This document shows positions 38,742 to 53,431 of a stretch of DNA of 64,000 bases, one piece after another. The stretch's first letter is position 1; every line of letters begins with the position of its first letter. This stretch comes from Octopus sinensis (taxonomy: Eukaryota). The stretch covers positions 7,750,001-7,814,000 of the forward strand of contig NC_042997.1 of assembly GCF_006345805.1 (NCBI RefSeq), in the 5' to 3' direction. The notes below the pieces were generated by a model, which saw only the letters and a list, made by a program, of their open reading frames with translations, searched no databases and was not told the origin of the DNA. The position numbers and the translations under genes were made by a program.

Positions 38742-39155
38742 TAGGCGCAGGAGTGGCTGTGTGGTAAGTAGCTTGTTTACCAACCACATGGTTCCGGGTT
38801 CAGTCCCATTGCGTGGCACCTTGGGCAAGTGTCTTCTACTGTAGTCTCGGGCCGACCAAAGCCTTGTGAGTAGACGGAAACTGAAAGAAGCCCTTCGTAT
38901 ATATGTATATATAAATATATATATATGCGTGTGTGTGTTTGTGCGTCTGTGTTTGTCCCCCTACCATTGCTTGACAACCGATGCAGGTGTGTTTATGTCC
39001 CCGTTACGTAGCGGTTCGGCAAAAGAGACCGATAGAATAAGTACTAAGTACTAGGCTTACAAAAGAATAAGTCCCGGGGTCGAGTTGCTCGATTAAAGGC
39101 GGTGCTCCAGCACGGCCGCTGTCAAATGACTGAAACAAGTAAAAGAGTAAAGAGA
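38742..39155 (+). mobile_element. SINE family 2, near full length
   Basis: TAGGCGCAGGAGTGGCTGTGTGGTAAGTAGCTTG...GGTTCAGTCCCA tRNA-like head, internal (AT)/(GT) linker, tail GGCGGTGCTCCAGCA...TGACTGAAACAAGTAAAAGAGTAAAAGAG. Confidence 0.92.
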
Positions 39156-39677
39156 GAATATACAAATCTTCATGAATAATTTTTTGTATATCTGCCAATC
39201 TAACTCCGAACAGTATGCTTATTGTCTTTATACACACACTGCCTCTTCATCCACACAATTGCGAATTTTCACGACCACCTCATATGTTCTGGCGCTCTCT
39301 TCCTTCACTTGCTTTTTATTGTTCCTCTACTACTATTGTGCATCGAAAAACAAAATCTCTCTCTAACATTTCGCCTAGTTTAACGCAATATTATTGCATA
39401 AAGATCTTCCAAATCGTCTTCGCCGCCAGATTGCATTCTGCAAAATAGTCAGCTGTGACAAATAATGATTAATAAGTTTTTGTTGTAGTATTGCTACATA
39501 CTTCTCTTTTAATCTAGAAAAAGTATGCTAGGTATGCTAGCTTAATGGACGTGTAGTATTGGCATGCTAACATTGAAATAATCTAGTACAATTATGACTG
39601 CCTTCTCTAAAAGTCTCAAAGTTTCTGGAATGCACCTTCTATGCATATATTCGTGCGTGTGTAGTTGTGTCCTTTTC

Positions 39678-39715
39678 CATATATATATATATATATATAT
39701 AATATATATATATAT

Positions 39716-39747
<32 letters not shown>

Positions 39748-39758
39748 ATATATATATA
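39678..39758. repeat. (AT)n microsatellite
   Basis: Direct reading. Confidence 0.95.
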
Positions 39759-40339
39759 CTACGTGGGTGTGCCACGCTCGATGAAAGAATGATATAGTTC
39801 ATACAGTCAAAAATGGTACAAAACTAGACTACCATGTTACCGTCGGTTTCGCGTCGAATTGACGCTATTTGTACAAAACATTTCTTTAGACATTTTGGCA
39901 GGAATTGTACAATCTATTGATCGCTGAATGGTATATAACGTCTACTTGTTGAGTTGGGTTGGTAGCAAGGAGAGAAATTAAATATTAGTGAAAACTAACT
40001 TGCGCAGGGCAGATCCTTGAAGAAGAAGTAATAAACAGATAGAAATGAAAGATTTTTATGCAGAAAAGAACCTTGCAACTCATAGGTTATGACAATTATA
40101 GTGGTCATTGTAAAACGACCAACATTGACTGTTATTAATGGCAACGAAGGACGAAAACATTTAGTAAGGTAGGCCTGTCTATATTGAAGACTTTTTGAAC
40201 GTCACTTGTATTGAAAGATATGCCGCTAATTAAGGTCAGTAATAATACTGATAACGTTTAAAAGCTGATAGCAGGAGATAAAGCGAGAATAGGCGGCTTA
40301 ACAGAACTTACGTTAATGTGTGGGGGAGAATTTCCGATT

Positions 40340-40830
40340 GAGAGATCGTATTCACCACAAGAAGATTAAATTACCTGTATAGCATCCTAACAGTGCCAGA
40401 CACCAGGAGTTAAACTCAAGGCCTCAAGATAAACCAGTGGAAAATAAAATGCATGCGGTCCAAAAAAATATCGAACACTTGAATAGTGGTGAAATACGAT
40501 GAAATTGGGAACGGGTAGAGAGTGTTCAGAGAATGTTAACAAACACACAGACAGTCAATATATACCACAGGAATAAGGAATCTCGTGTAAAGGAAGAGAT
40601 AAATACTTGTGGTTTACCTTTGTAAAATATGTGCTCAAAACGCAATTCGACAAAGTCCTGTTTGAGATTTTCCTCAATAGCAGCATTTTATACTTATAAG
40701 AAACTAAGATATGTGTAGCACTATGACGAAGAATGAACCGCAACGTGCAACAATACAATTTACCAAGGAGTGATCCCTGCAAGGAATATATCTTGGGACC
40801 ATGTCCGCATCTCCGAAATAAATACATTCT
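40340..40830 (+). pseudogene. Very old non-LTR RT relic
   Basis: Fragments RRLNYLYSILT, YLWFTFVKY...FDKV and a QG..LGP-like segment appear in RT order; clade not assignable. Confidence 0.35.
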
Positions 40831-42154
40831 TGAACGGAGTGGAGTGAACGATGTGATATGGGATTTATATTATATAATATAATATTATTTTATATTACAT
40901 TATATTAAGTGTGCGTGATTGTCGGTGAGTGTTTGCATATTTTTCTTTATGATATAAAAATATGTATAGAATTTATATTATATTTGATATGCAATTTATG
41001 TGTTTAACATATTATCTGGAATCTTGTTTACATCTATTACTTGTGCTATTTTATATTTTGAGTATTGCACTGCATTTACAGCGAGTGTTTGGAACGTTCT
41101 GCTTGTTACGGAGCACTAAATCAATTCCGGGAGTACTGATGTAATTACAATTCACAATAATATATTTGCATTACATCCACATGATTTAATAATTGCAGGC
41201 ATCCTCGCTTCAATATTTAAAATGACAGGAATTATTTCGGTGTTTTTATAAAATATAATACATCCGTGTACGTATGTATAAACAAATTCCTTTATATATC
41301 TGGGGAGATATACAAAGCGATGCGAGGGTGAGGAAGGGAGAGAAGTGTGGGTATATATGTGACAAAAACTTAACATGCAAATTGCAAGATATCTCATCTC
41401 CGAAAAATAGTTGCTTCTAGAATCATCCATGTTTCATATATTCGAAAAAAAGTTAATGCTTCAGAGTGAAATATGTGATGCTTCATCAAATATAAAAATG
41501 ACTTCCAACTTATAAATGATATTTCAAATATAATATAAGGAAATATAAGCTAATATAATAGAATAGAATCTAGTTTAATATGCATTGTTTAATATGCGCC
41601 AGTGCGTGTATTTGTGTGTTTACCTAAATGGATGCGACTGTGTTTGAGTGATTGTGTGTGCATGTGTATATATGTGTGAGTTCCGGTAGCCATATATTTC
41701 CACGTTTCGGTGAATACAGAAGGAATTATAATGATCAAATTGCAATAGCATTATTTAATACGATAAAATGCGTTGAAATTATGATAAAACAAAGTGTGAG
41801 CTCTTTTATATAGGTGCACGTGTACACAAACCCGAGGACATACAGTCACAAACACATACAGTCAAATAAGCACAACGTACGAATGTAGATATTCGGTTGT
41901 ACTTGTCATCAGGTGCATGCGCGCGCGCATGTGTGTGTGTAAATATATATAAGTGTATGTATGCATGTATATTCAACTGTGAAAAGTGTGCATGATGTAG
42001 AGTAATGTGATTTAACGTAAACATAAGCATTCGTCGTCATTGAAACCGAATTTGTTTAGCAAATTAATATAAGTGTCATTCAAACAGTCCAATCAATATT
42101 TCTGTTTGTCAAACATATGCAGACGCACATATCTACACAACAAATGTATGTATG

Positions 42155-42157
42155 CAC

Positions 42158-42194
<37 letters not shown>

Positions 42195-42543
42195 TATATG
42201 TATATATATATATATATATATACATATATATGTATATATATATATATATAATATATACATATATATGTATATATATATATATATCTGTGTGTATATATAT
42301 GTATGTAAAGTCAGGGAGAGTGATATATATATAGAGAGAAAATACAGATTGATTGGTATAGATATATGCATATGCATTTTTGATAATACATACATATGTA
42401 TACATACATACATATACATACATATCTATATATACATATATATACATATATATCTATATATATATATATATACATATATATGTATATATATATATATATA
42501 AACATATATACATACATATATATATGTATATATATATAATATA
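42155..42543. repeat. Degenerate (AT)n/(ATAC)n tract
   Basis: Direct reading. Confidence 0.9.
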
Positions 42544-42710
42544 TACAAAATGGGACAAGAACGCAAAAAATACAAATAGACGATACAAAAAACACGGACA
42601 GGTTGTTATCTGCTGTCATGTACCGGGTCATCCTCGCAATTTCGGCTGGTTACTCTTGAGATTGCTCCAATCTGGACAGCCCCAAAGAAAAACTAAGTTA
42701 CGAGCTTAGT
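42544..42710. repeat. Unclassified interspersed repeat between (AT)n tracts (second partial copy at 53909-53985)
   Basis: TACAAA(A/C)TGGGACAAGAACGCAAAA...AGACGATACAAAAAACACGGAC shared by both sites. Confidence 0.75.
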
Positions 42711-42718
42711 TTATATAT

Positions 42719-42804
<86 letters not shown>

Positions 42805-42822
42805 ATATTAATATATATATAT
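42711..42822. repeat. (AT)n microsatellite
   Basis: Direct reading. Confidence 0.95.
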
Positions 42823-43062
42823 ATGCTGGCACACCACCTTTACTGGAACAAATCGACTCCAGGACTGATTCTTTTTAAGCATATTACTTATTTTCTCGGT
42901 CTCTTTTTCCGAATCGCTAACCTACAGAGACGGAAACACACCAACAACGGTTGTCAAGTGATGGTTGGGGGACAAACACAGATACACAAACATACATATA
43001 TATATATATAACTGAACCCGGAACCAGGTGGTTGGTAAGCAAGCTACTTACCACACAGCCAC
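42823..43062 (-). mobile_element. SINE family 2 with internal deletion
   Basis: Reverse-complement match to the head (CTACTTACCACACAGCC) and tail (CTCTTTTTCCGAATCGCTAA) of 38742-39155. Confidence 0.85.
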
Positions 43063-43319
43063 ACAGGATATGTAAATAAATGTCCTATTTCATTATGCTG
43101 GCTGTGCTCCAATGGCACTGGCTAGTGGCTGTTTTCTGTGGGTACATCATGGTTATACCGGTATAATGTAGAGGAAATGTAATAATAAGAATGGTTTGGA
43201 GATGGAATTTATTACTATTTCATACATCGTTAAGGCTGTTTCCACAAATGATCTGACTTTAACATTAGAGTCCGTGTCCCTGGGATGAGTATAGCATATG
43301 TTAGGAAATGTCTGAATTA

Positions 43320-45210
43320 GTCTCTACAAAATGAGAGAAGAGATAAGGAAGCTCAGGTTATGGAAAATATCAAGTCGGACCCTAAAGCTTTCTTTAACTT
43401 TGCGAGATAGACAGACTCCCTACGCCACAAGATGGGACCTCTCTTCCAAAAATATGGCTCCTTCACAGGAAACCCAATAAGGATAAGTGAAATACTGAAC
43501 GAGCATTTCCGAATTGTGTTCACAACACCTTTGGGACTCAGGCAAGTGAGGAAACCAGCAAAATTCTTTGCCATCCTACCAGTAACCAAAGAGGTGACAA
43601 TTAATTACATCAACATTGATGATGTAACTCTGGCTATAGAAGTGATTAACACAAGCTCAGCTACAGGCCCAGATAGTTTCTCTGCAATCCTTCTGAAATC
43701 ATGCAAATGAACCCTTGCAAAACCACTCCAGCTTCGTTTTTAGAGCTTTCTTCCAACTGGTAAGATTCCAGACAAACTGAAGGAAGGAATACTATGCCCT
43801 AACCCAAAAGGAAGAAGCAGAGCAGATGTATGCTAAAAGTTATAGGCCTATCTCTCTGAAATCACACATGGAACGAATAGTCTGCAAGAAACTAATGTCG
43901 TTCCTTAAAGAAAGTTACTTGCTGACACCCAGCATTAATTTAGAGCAGGTAGAACGTCCCTGAAACAGCTCTTGCAACATTGCGATTATGTGTTAAAACA
44001 GCTGCTAAATGACTCAAGTGGGAATGTGATATATCTCGACTTTGCAAAATCCTTTGTTAAATTCGACCATGGTATGAAATGTCACAAATTGTGTGATCTC
44101 GGCATAGTGGGGAAAACTCGGAGAGTGGCTAGATGACTTTCTGTCAAACAGTGGTGGCCAATGAAGCGAGCAGTCTTAGGGCCACTGATATTCATAGTGG
44201 CCCGCTCAGACATGCCCTCAGCTGCACAGAAAGCCACTCTTGCTAGCTATGCAGATGACACAAATGTCTCTCAGACAATATAAAATCATGAAAATATTAC
44301 GAATCTGCAACGCGAGTTGGACCCAATATACAGGTGAACTAAGGATAACAATATGCCGTTTAATGCATTTCGAGCCCTGCACAAAATTTCGAGCCCTGCA
44401 CTACCGACACATAGAGCTGAATGACATGCAGACAGAGTACACTGGTTCAGGAGGCAATCCTTGAATCAAATTCAAAGCTTGACCTGGGTATTGACATGAG
44501 CAATGATGCATCTTTCCAGGTGCATATTACCAATTTGCTAATAAAATGCAGACAGCTAGCAAGTAGGATCCTCCATACTTTCAAAACGAGAGTAAGGGAG
44601 ACACTACTTATTCTTTGGATGGCATACGTCCTCAACCATTTGGACTACTATTCCCAACTATGATCACCACGCAATATAAAATGAACGGTGGAACTCGAAG
44701 CAATCCAATGAAACTACACACAAACATTATCTCAATGCAATTGATCAGCTACTTGGAAAAACAGAAAGAATTAACACTCTTCTCCCTATAATGAAGGCGG
44801 GAAATTCTGAAAGGCCTTGGACGAAAGTTTGACATTAAAAGTCACACTGACAACAGAACAGGGAGTCACTACATAGTGCCAAAGTTCCCAGCCCCACTAT
44901 CAAATTACAGGAACAGATACTGCAACAGCTTGCAAATCAGGGGCCCGCAGCTCTTCAATATCCATCCAAAATACCTGAAAGACTTGCACGGTGTGGATGT
45001 AAGTAACTTCAAACCAAGATCGGATCTCCGCATGTCAAGGGTTCCAGATGAGTCTACCTCACGGCAGGAAACAAAGATGTGGTGAACAGCATCCAACCCC
45101 GTCATTCACCAAGTGCGACTTATCATATCAGAAGCGATTTCAAATAATCGTGTAACACATCTAACAGTAGTGTCCCAGCATGACCATAGCTTTAAAGCTG
45201 AAACACTTTT
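43320..45210 (+). mobile_element. CR1-group LINE relic (RT and 3' end)
   Basis: NIKSDPKAFFNFAR; SSATGPDSFSAILLK; YRPISL; IYLDFAKSFVKFDH (~44030); SYADD (44245); LNHLDYYSQL; GPQLFNIHPK; many stops and frameshifts. Confidence 0.88.
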
Positions 45211-45214
45211 AAAA

Positions 45215-45253
45215 TTTATATACATATATATATATATATATAATATATATATA

Positions 45254-45295
<42 letters not shown>
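45215..45295. repeat. (AT)n microsatellite
   Basis: Direct reading. Confidence 0.95.
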
Positions 45296-47364
45296 ACATA
45301 TCCATATGCGTACATAATTACAATACAAACAGAAACTGTATTTAATGAAGTCTTTCGGTTCATATACCGAAAATTGAACTCTTTTATATATGAACGTCCC
45401 TTTTAAATAGCTACGATTTATCGAAATGGCTACCGTGTTAGTTTAATATAGTTGTTTCAGGTCATTACACTGATATTATGCTGCAGTTACGGACATTACA
45501 AGATATTCCTTCTCTGTTTATGGCAGGTATTGTAATGATATATGTTGAGAAAATATAGTTAGCTATTTTATTTAGATTTATTTCTGAAATTTCTATGCGT
45601 GAATAAAAATTTGCCATTGAATTCAAATTCAATTTTTTTAAGCATTTCTGCTAAAATATTTTTATGGTTCTTTTCCCATTAATCTTTTGGGATAACAAAA
45701 TCAAAATCTGAAAAGAAATATCTCTAAAGATGAAATAGAAAAAGAGAAAAGTAAATAAATATGGTGTGAAATAAAAAAACATTCTGCGACTAAATTTTAG
45801 TGTAAAAGCTCTTTCAAATGAATATAACATATTCGTGTAAGAAGAGAAACACGTAAAAGTACGTATTTTAGAGTTATTTATTATAGCTATTTAATGCGTT
45901 TTCTTTTTTTTATACTTTTTTATATTTTGTTTATTTCATGTATAGATGAATTTCGGTTGTGACTGAAAATTCGAAAACGAATAAACAGCTACTAAAGGAA
46001 CATTTTCAGATTGCTTATTCCCAACCGTTTATAGTACTACAAGTTACCATTCGCCTAAAATATTAAAATTGCGTTTTCTGGTATTTTCGCCAACTTTGTG
46101 TGGCTGCTGAGGTTGCCCTTGAATGAGGCTATTTTGCAATTGTGAATCATCACATCCAGGTAAATCATTTGCTTAAATCTTTGTAAGTAGGTTGTGTTAC
46201 TGGTACTTGTCTTAAATTCTACACAAAATAATATTACTATATTTCATGGCTGCATTATAAAGTTTCTAGAAATAACTACTCTAAAATACTGAATTCAACA
46301 CTTCCCTGGTTTTATGTTGTGTAAATGAACTTGCTTTTTCAATTGGACTTTAATTCTCAGATAACTTCTGTAGTATGTACTGATTAGAAAGTAAGTCATG
46401 GAATTACATCAACATCATTGGAAGAGTTCCAGACCAGTTGAACTTTAGCAATACAAGAGGCTATATAATTAATAATAGAAAGCCTCCAATGGTCTAAACC
46501 GACTTTGCGAAATTACTTGATTAACGACTTATGTATCGAATTAAAATTTGTTAGTTATATGTGATTCAACTATTGCCGCCGTATTACAATGGTACTGCGA
46601 TGACAAGTTAAATAAGTCAAGTGGAATTTATTTCCTGTGATATTTACACACACCGTCGCAACACGCTGATGTGATGATGTGTGTAAGCTACACTAATATT
46701 AGATTATGATGCTATCAATTCAGACAATTCCGTATGCCCTAGTCTACAAAAATCAGCACCAATTTTGAAATATAATATTCGACTTCTTTTCACTTGAACG
46801 ACGTCACACTTTAATATTTCCATAATCGTATATATCTTTCCAAATTTTAAAATGATGTAATAACCATGGATTTTAGAGAATAAAAAAAAATATTTTATAG
46901 TAATGGCATTCGAGTGCACACTGATACGACAGTCGAGTGCACACAGACACGATATTTGAACTGTAGAACATACCTATACTGATATAATCTTCATATTCCG
47001 TGTTATTTCCACAATGGCTGATAAATGACTGGGTCAAGGTAGGGTGAAATGATAACAACTTCGTTATATGCGTATATAAAGTAGATTATCATGGTGTTTA
47101 TTGACCGACAACAAAGGAAAACATCATTTAATATGTACATACAAAGGTCTTATATCACGCGGGAACGTTTGTCGATTATTAAAAAAAAACTATATACACA
47201 GATTTTGAATTCTAGTTTGATTCTTTGCATCACCAAGCTTATATACACATACATGCATACAAATATACGTACACACACACACGCACACAAACATAAATAT
47301 GTATATCTATATAGTCTTAATATACCAATGTGTGTATTTGCATGTTTATGTGTGTACTTGTATG

Positions 47365-47404
<40 letters not shown>

Positions 47405-47439
47405 CACTTTGATAAACTTAGATATGTTTCAACCAAAGA

Positions 47440-48070
47440 TTGGTCCAAGCCATGTCTAACTTAATAGCACCACCTGATAGTATTATCTAAATCTTGTTTA
47501 AGTCAAGTTTTGTTTATGGTCCATTCAAGTAGTGAGTTCTTGTTTAGTGAGTTGTATCCAAGTATGGTTGGCTTATCCGGTATTCCACGACGAAATCTAT
47601 CCAGATTCCGTTTAAAGGTGATGGGATCATTTTCTTCTTTGATCTCTTTCGGGACAATGATAAACAGGGCAGGGCCTCTTGAGGAAAATAAATTGTGTCG
47701 CAGTGTACCTATATGTTGTGATCCTTAATTGGGCAGGGGGCGTATAGCGCGTGGTAGTTTGGGCAATGGTGATAGTATATTCTCCACGTCGTACAAATGA
47801 TGTACCGCTGGCGACGGCGCTGGGGAAAGTAGAGATTCAAGGCTTTAAGGCGATTCCAATAATCGAGAGCAGTCATGCTTTCAATTCGTTTAGTGATTGT
47901 TCTCTGGGATGATTCAATCATGGAAATGTTTTGCTTTGTATGGGGAGACGACAAAGAGCGTGCAGTATTCGGTGTGTGATAGTATAAAGGAGGAGAAAAT
48001 TGGAATGATGACACCTTGTTTTCTGGACCGGAAGGTTCTTAAGATCAAAGAGGTCATCCTAAGAGCTATA
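47440..48070 (-). mobile_element. CR1-group LINE 3' fragment
   Basis: SPHTKQNISMIESSQRTITKRIESMTALDYWNRLKALNLYFPQRRRQRY; GPALFIIVP; related to 44600-45200. Confidence 0.85.
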
Positions 48071-50079
48071 TCGACCTAATTGTTGATGTGGGCACTCCAA
48101 TTGAGATTGTTATCTACAATTACACCCAAGTATCTGATATTTTTAGATGCCGTGAGCGGTTCCCCAGAATATTAAAATATATATATATATATATATTATT
48201 AAACGCCACGCATACATTTCCAAGTAAGTATATCTTAATAATTTTGTTGCCACTCTCTGTGCTGTTCTGTCCTCCACCTTCGTTTCCTCTCTGTTCCTTT
48301 TGCTAATTCTTTTCTTCCCCCTTCTCCCCTTTCCGTTTTTTCTCTCTCATCATTTCTCTAATTCTTTTCCTCTCCCCATCATCGTTCTCTATCGGTCCCT
48401 CTGACTTTCTCATTCTTCGTCTTTTACTCTCTCGTTTTCACACGTGCCCATCGGCCATCTTTTCCTAACTTGAGCTTTTTTCTTTCTTTTTCATCTGCCA
48501 CACATATCACACGCATATTTGTCTGTTTCCTCTTGTCTGTCTCAATCTTCTCACCTGTCAAATCTTGTTCTTTCATGGTTCGCCATGTCACGTCATTATG
48601 GCTTAGCAGCGCTTACTGCTTGTTTTCACTTTCCTGTTTTTATTACCCTCCACAAATCCCAAATTTTATTTTGCATTGCGGGAGCAACTGTTTTCTCGAA
48701 CACACAACTTGTCGTAATTACTTCAAATGTGGCGTAGATAAACAGCTGAAAACTGATGAAGGATCTTTATTTATGTTACTTGTCTTGTTTTCCATGTGTT
48801 TCTTTCGTTGTTGGCAAAAAGTTGGTAATCCATGTTTTTGTATTCCATGTTGTTTACATTTTATGACGTCAAAGATGATCAGAAACCAATTGGTCCAGGG
48901 TACAAGATGGTAAATGTTTTTCATTTCCAAATTTATTCCTGTCGAATTTTATCCGTTATTTATGTGGTTTACAGAACCTAGCTGTTCTCTCTAGCGTGTT
49001 GAATTCCCTTTAAGTGGATTCCTTATATGTTTAAATATACACTATATCGTATGACTAATATATAGTCTTCTTGACTATTTTTTTTTTGCACGTTAGACCA
49101 CTGGAAATGTAAATCTTGATTGAATGTTTTAATTTTAATTAAATTCTATTTCCCTTTGACATGATTATATATATATATATATTATATATATATATATATT
49201 ATATATATATGTTTGTGTGTGTGTGTGTGAAGCGAGAGAGAGAGAGAGAAAAAGAGGCAGACAGACATACAGATGGAGCAAGGAAAGGAAAGAGAGATTG
49301 CAAGGCAGTTGTGGATTTATCGATATGTGTATCGATATTTAAAGTATTTGTATGGATGACGCATGTCAGAATGTTTTTGAAGATCACTTGAGAGAGAAAA
49401 TAAATATCCGGCACAACTGGTATATTATGTGTCGTAGATACCTAAAACATTGGTATAGAGAAATATAAATCCTGAGGAATCGTAAGCACTTTGTTAGAAA
49501 TACATTCATAGAACCAGAGCATTTATACGTCGTCACACCTACGCACGCACACACGAATAGACGCACACAGGAACGAAATCTGCATTCATAATCTGCCTAA
49601 GCAGCACAGAAGCACATATGTGCACACGCACACACGCAGACACACACGTTGGGGAATACTAAAAAATATATACGCTCACATACTGTTGCACATGTAAGAG
49701 AATTTACTTCCGTTTTTACAACATGCACTTCAGTATGTTATTAGAAATGTGCAACTATTCATTGTCAATTACTTTCCATTATATTATCCAATAATGAATA
49801 ACTACCATAACCCTGTTATGCGGTCAATAACTAGCTTCTGAATATACATTTTTTTTATATCTCAAGAAAGCTATTGATAAGGATTAATAGCTATTTTCAG
49901 TGTTATTTCTATTTTCTTGTTGTAAGGACACACAGTTTCTGTCCAACACACAATCAACACTGCCGTTCCCCAGTTTCAGTTTTGTTTGCCTCTTTCATCC
50001 GTTTTTAAATATATATTTGACGTGACATACAATTACGCTTACTCCTACACAGAGGATAATCATTGTTCCTAAACTTAAC

Positions 50080-50900
50080 TTCTTCAGCCACTAACTGCAC
50101 ATATGCAATGAAGACGCCATATCCAAAACCTACGATTATACCTTAATCATAGCTCTGGAAAGCATATTCCAGAAGAGCCATATAACTTTGTCTCTTCAAG
50201 CAGCAGAAGAAATACGAAAATTCAGAAACACTAATCAAAACAGTGAATACCACCACACCGCATATAGAGACATTATCTCTAGTATTTAGAACGTGACCTA
50301 TGGTCGCTCCAAATTTTATGGCTCTCTAACAGCAAAGATATTTGTCAGCGAAAGCGCAGTCCTAATATAACTGAGAACTTATTCAAAGACTGGTCCTTGT
50401 CTTCTCTCTAGAGAGTATTTTACATGCAATAATGGTTGACACAGAATTAGAAGTGTGATCACTTCCAGGTTTTGTTCTCACTAACAGCAACGATTTCTTC
50501 TGGCAAAACCACATCTTTAACATGTCGATCCCCTTATCCAACAGACTGGCTCTACTCTTCAAGGTTAGAAACTATTTCCCCTCATCAATTACTGACAATC
50601 AACAGACTTAAAGTGACGAAATCAATTGATGTTTTGCTCAGAATCGGTGACAGTACTGCTACCCCAGACACCAATGATCTGGCATGCATCCAATAAATAG
50701 CTTTTGATTGATTACCATACAGTCACTCACTGACGCACTCCAGCATCTGTTACCTGTAAATTGTCTCATCCCATTAATTATTCTAACACTATTTCAATGA
50801 CATTTGCTTCTCGGATTTCACTGGTTCTGTGCGTCCACCTAACTGGCTCTTCCTACCAACTCCTCATTCACACAGTTCATTAACTCTCTAGTATCTCCTA
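50080..50900 (+). mobile_element. Old CR1/Jockey-group LINE relic
   Basis: GFVLTNSNDFFWQNHIFNM..SNRLALLFKVRNYF, the post-RT LG..L...L.W..HI...R motif; same family as 57.4-58.3 kb. Confidence 0.55.
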
Positions 50901-52331
50901 ACTATTTTGTCTTTCTCGTTTCCTTTTGATGTAAGGAAAGGGATGCTTCTTCACAAATATTATAAATTCCTTCGTTAGAATGTAGAAAATATTGCCACTT
51001 GTTGCAATTTAGAAAAGTCTTTAATTATTTTATTCTTGTATTTACAAATTGCCTTGTAATGTGCATGTAATTTCTTGATATTTTCTGAAAAACCTAGCTT
51101 TTCTAGATTGCCACTTCCGTATTGAATACCAGAATCAAATGCACAAATTATCATTGGTATAAATCTAAATTTATATACTAGTTACATGAGATGATGTTTT
51201 CGAAGCATTTGTCCAAAATTTTCGCCTTTCACTAAATAAAATTTCTCTTTTCATTCTAGTTCTTAGAACATAATGATGCAAGATCTAGAGAGGAGCTTTC
51301 TTAAAGGTGGAATTTATTTTTGTCAAATCCCTCGAAAATGCCTGTAGATTGCAAGTAATTTTGTGATTTATACTGGCTCGTTTGAACGTTTATTTCTACA
51401 AGAACAAAGATTTTAAACCAGTGAGTGTTGAGTGCGTGCCTTCATATAATTGACTCCCTTCCTCTCAAAAGCCTTGCATAAAGAATCACCGAGGTGTGAT
51501 CTCATTATTCCCTTACATTTTATAAACGTTTTACCATCCACTAACACTGCACAAGATTGAGATATTTTCTGCAAGCTTTGTTTTTCAACTTGTTTTATTC
51601 AGTTTAGTAATTCCATTAACACGTGCAGTGTAAGTTTTCCGTAAGTGTTCTTTAGCAATAATAGAAACTGTTTATAGGAAGGTATTAATGGCACAGTATT
51701 TAATATCACATTATATTATGTACTCACCGGCATTATCATCGGAAAGTTTTAACAGATCAGTCGGCTTTTTCTTCAGTCTCGCTAAGAACGCCCTATATCA
51801 CAACAAAATCTTAGAAAAACTGAAAGTTTAGTTCATGAATAGTAGTTTTAGAATATTATTAAGTTGAATATATTTCATTATCGCCCGTTTCGAACCAGTT
51901 TCATGTAAAATATACTAAAATTTAGAGATCACAACAACAATTAGTTTACATTATTATCAGCCAGTCTTATGGTAGATTTTGCTGCTTTTTCAGTGTATTA
52001 AATGATCGTTTATTGTGAATGGAGGCTTTGATTTCGGATTCACTGTCAACTTCTTGTAAAAAGTATAATAAACATGTACTGAATTTGATAACTTGAAAAG
52101 AACAAATATTATATATATATATATATATATATATTGAAATTGTTCGAAAATTATGGTCCCTGTTAGTGTATATGTTTTCATTCATGCGCGTTAACTACAG
52201 CATTAGAGAATTTTAGGTCTCATTTTTAGCACTGTAGGAAGTTTTAAACACCCTAATCACATTACGGACAATTACAATTGTTGAAACACTGCAACCTTTT
52301 TGTTGAAACACTGCACACTGCTGTTTACATT

Positions 52332-52368
<37 letters not shown>

Positions 52369-53431
52369 CATGGTATAGGTGTATAACGGTTGAATGTGGA
52401 TTCGTCATTTAATTGATGGTTTCCAAAAAAGAGTTTTAATGTTGTTTCTTCATACTTTGGTGCGAGTTTAAAGGTGTAAATTTTCGAAGATATGAAAGTA
52501 GTACTTGTATAAAATATATGATGAACTTCATTCCATGACTCCCATCAACTTTGTTAAAAATAGAGGAGACAAGTTATTAAAATTTATCAAAAGTCTAATT
52601 CTTACAGACGATCGATTTGTACAGAGATATAATAATAATCTAAATTCATGAGTAAGTGAAATTAATTAAATATGAACCTCCTCTTCAGTGTAGGAAGGAA
52701 AAAACCGTAATACAAGGATCTAGGTACGTCATATTGGTATGAGTTCCTTGTATTATGCTTTCTTTCCTTCCTGCACTGAAGAATACGTTGATATTTCATT
52801 AATCTAATTTTATCATGAATTTATATTATCATTATATCTCTGTACGAAACGATCGCCTACACGAATTACACTTCTTATAAATTTTAACAAGTTTCCTCCA
52901 TTTTTAACAAAATTGATGGGATTTATAGAACCTCATTCCATAAATTCATAATATATTCTATAGATAGAGAGATAGATAGACACATACACATATATATAGA
53001 AGATCCGTAGATAGCAATACCTTGTATACCCTTACTATATATATATATTAAACTCAGCTGGCGTGTTAGGAATGTGCCTTGGGGCAGAGAAAATATGTCG
53101 AGGTTACCACGATGGCTGCTTGACCCAAAAGGCCACGAGTCGGTCAGTCAGTCACGTGTGAAGAGAAGAGAGAGGAAAAGAGGGAGAGAGTAATTAATGA
53201 GGGGGAGAAGAGACAGAAAAAGAGAAACAAGGAATTTAGGAGGAGGAGAAGAGAGAAGAGAGAAAAAGAGACAGGGACAAAGTTTAGTGTAAAGTATGAA
53301 TGGCAGGAGAGGGGGGAGAGAGACAGTGTTGGAGAGGGGGGAGAGAGACAGTGTTGATGAGTCGTACCAAGTTTAGAGAAATGTGTACTTACATAAAAGA
53401 GAGAGTGTACGTACGTCGCTACATATATATA

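Noticed and set aside
48470-48930. 147-aa and 70-aa ORFs beside a pyrimidine-rich tract
   Set aside because: No motif I can identify in any frame; the composition is low-complexity.
51250-51355. Candidate small exon with a good acceptor (TTTCATTCTAG)
   Set aside because: The longer frame stops after 26 codons and nothing links it to other exons; it cannot be supported without RNA-seq.
52277-52318. Short tandem duplication TTGTTGAAACACTGCA x2 (similar one at 44370-44402)
   Set aside because: Ordinary slippage duplications with no further structure.
53160-53350. Polypurine (GA-rich) tract, and a polypyrimidine tract at 48290-48500
   Set aside because: Low-complexity sequence; triplex potential is generic and there is no specific evidence of function.
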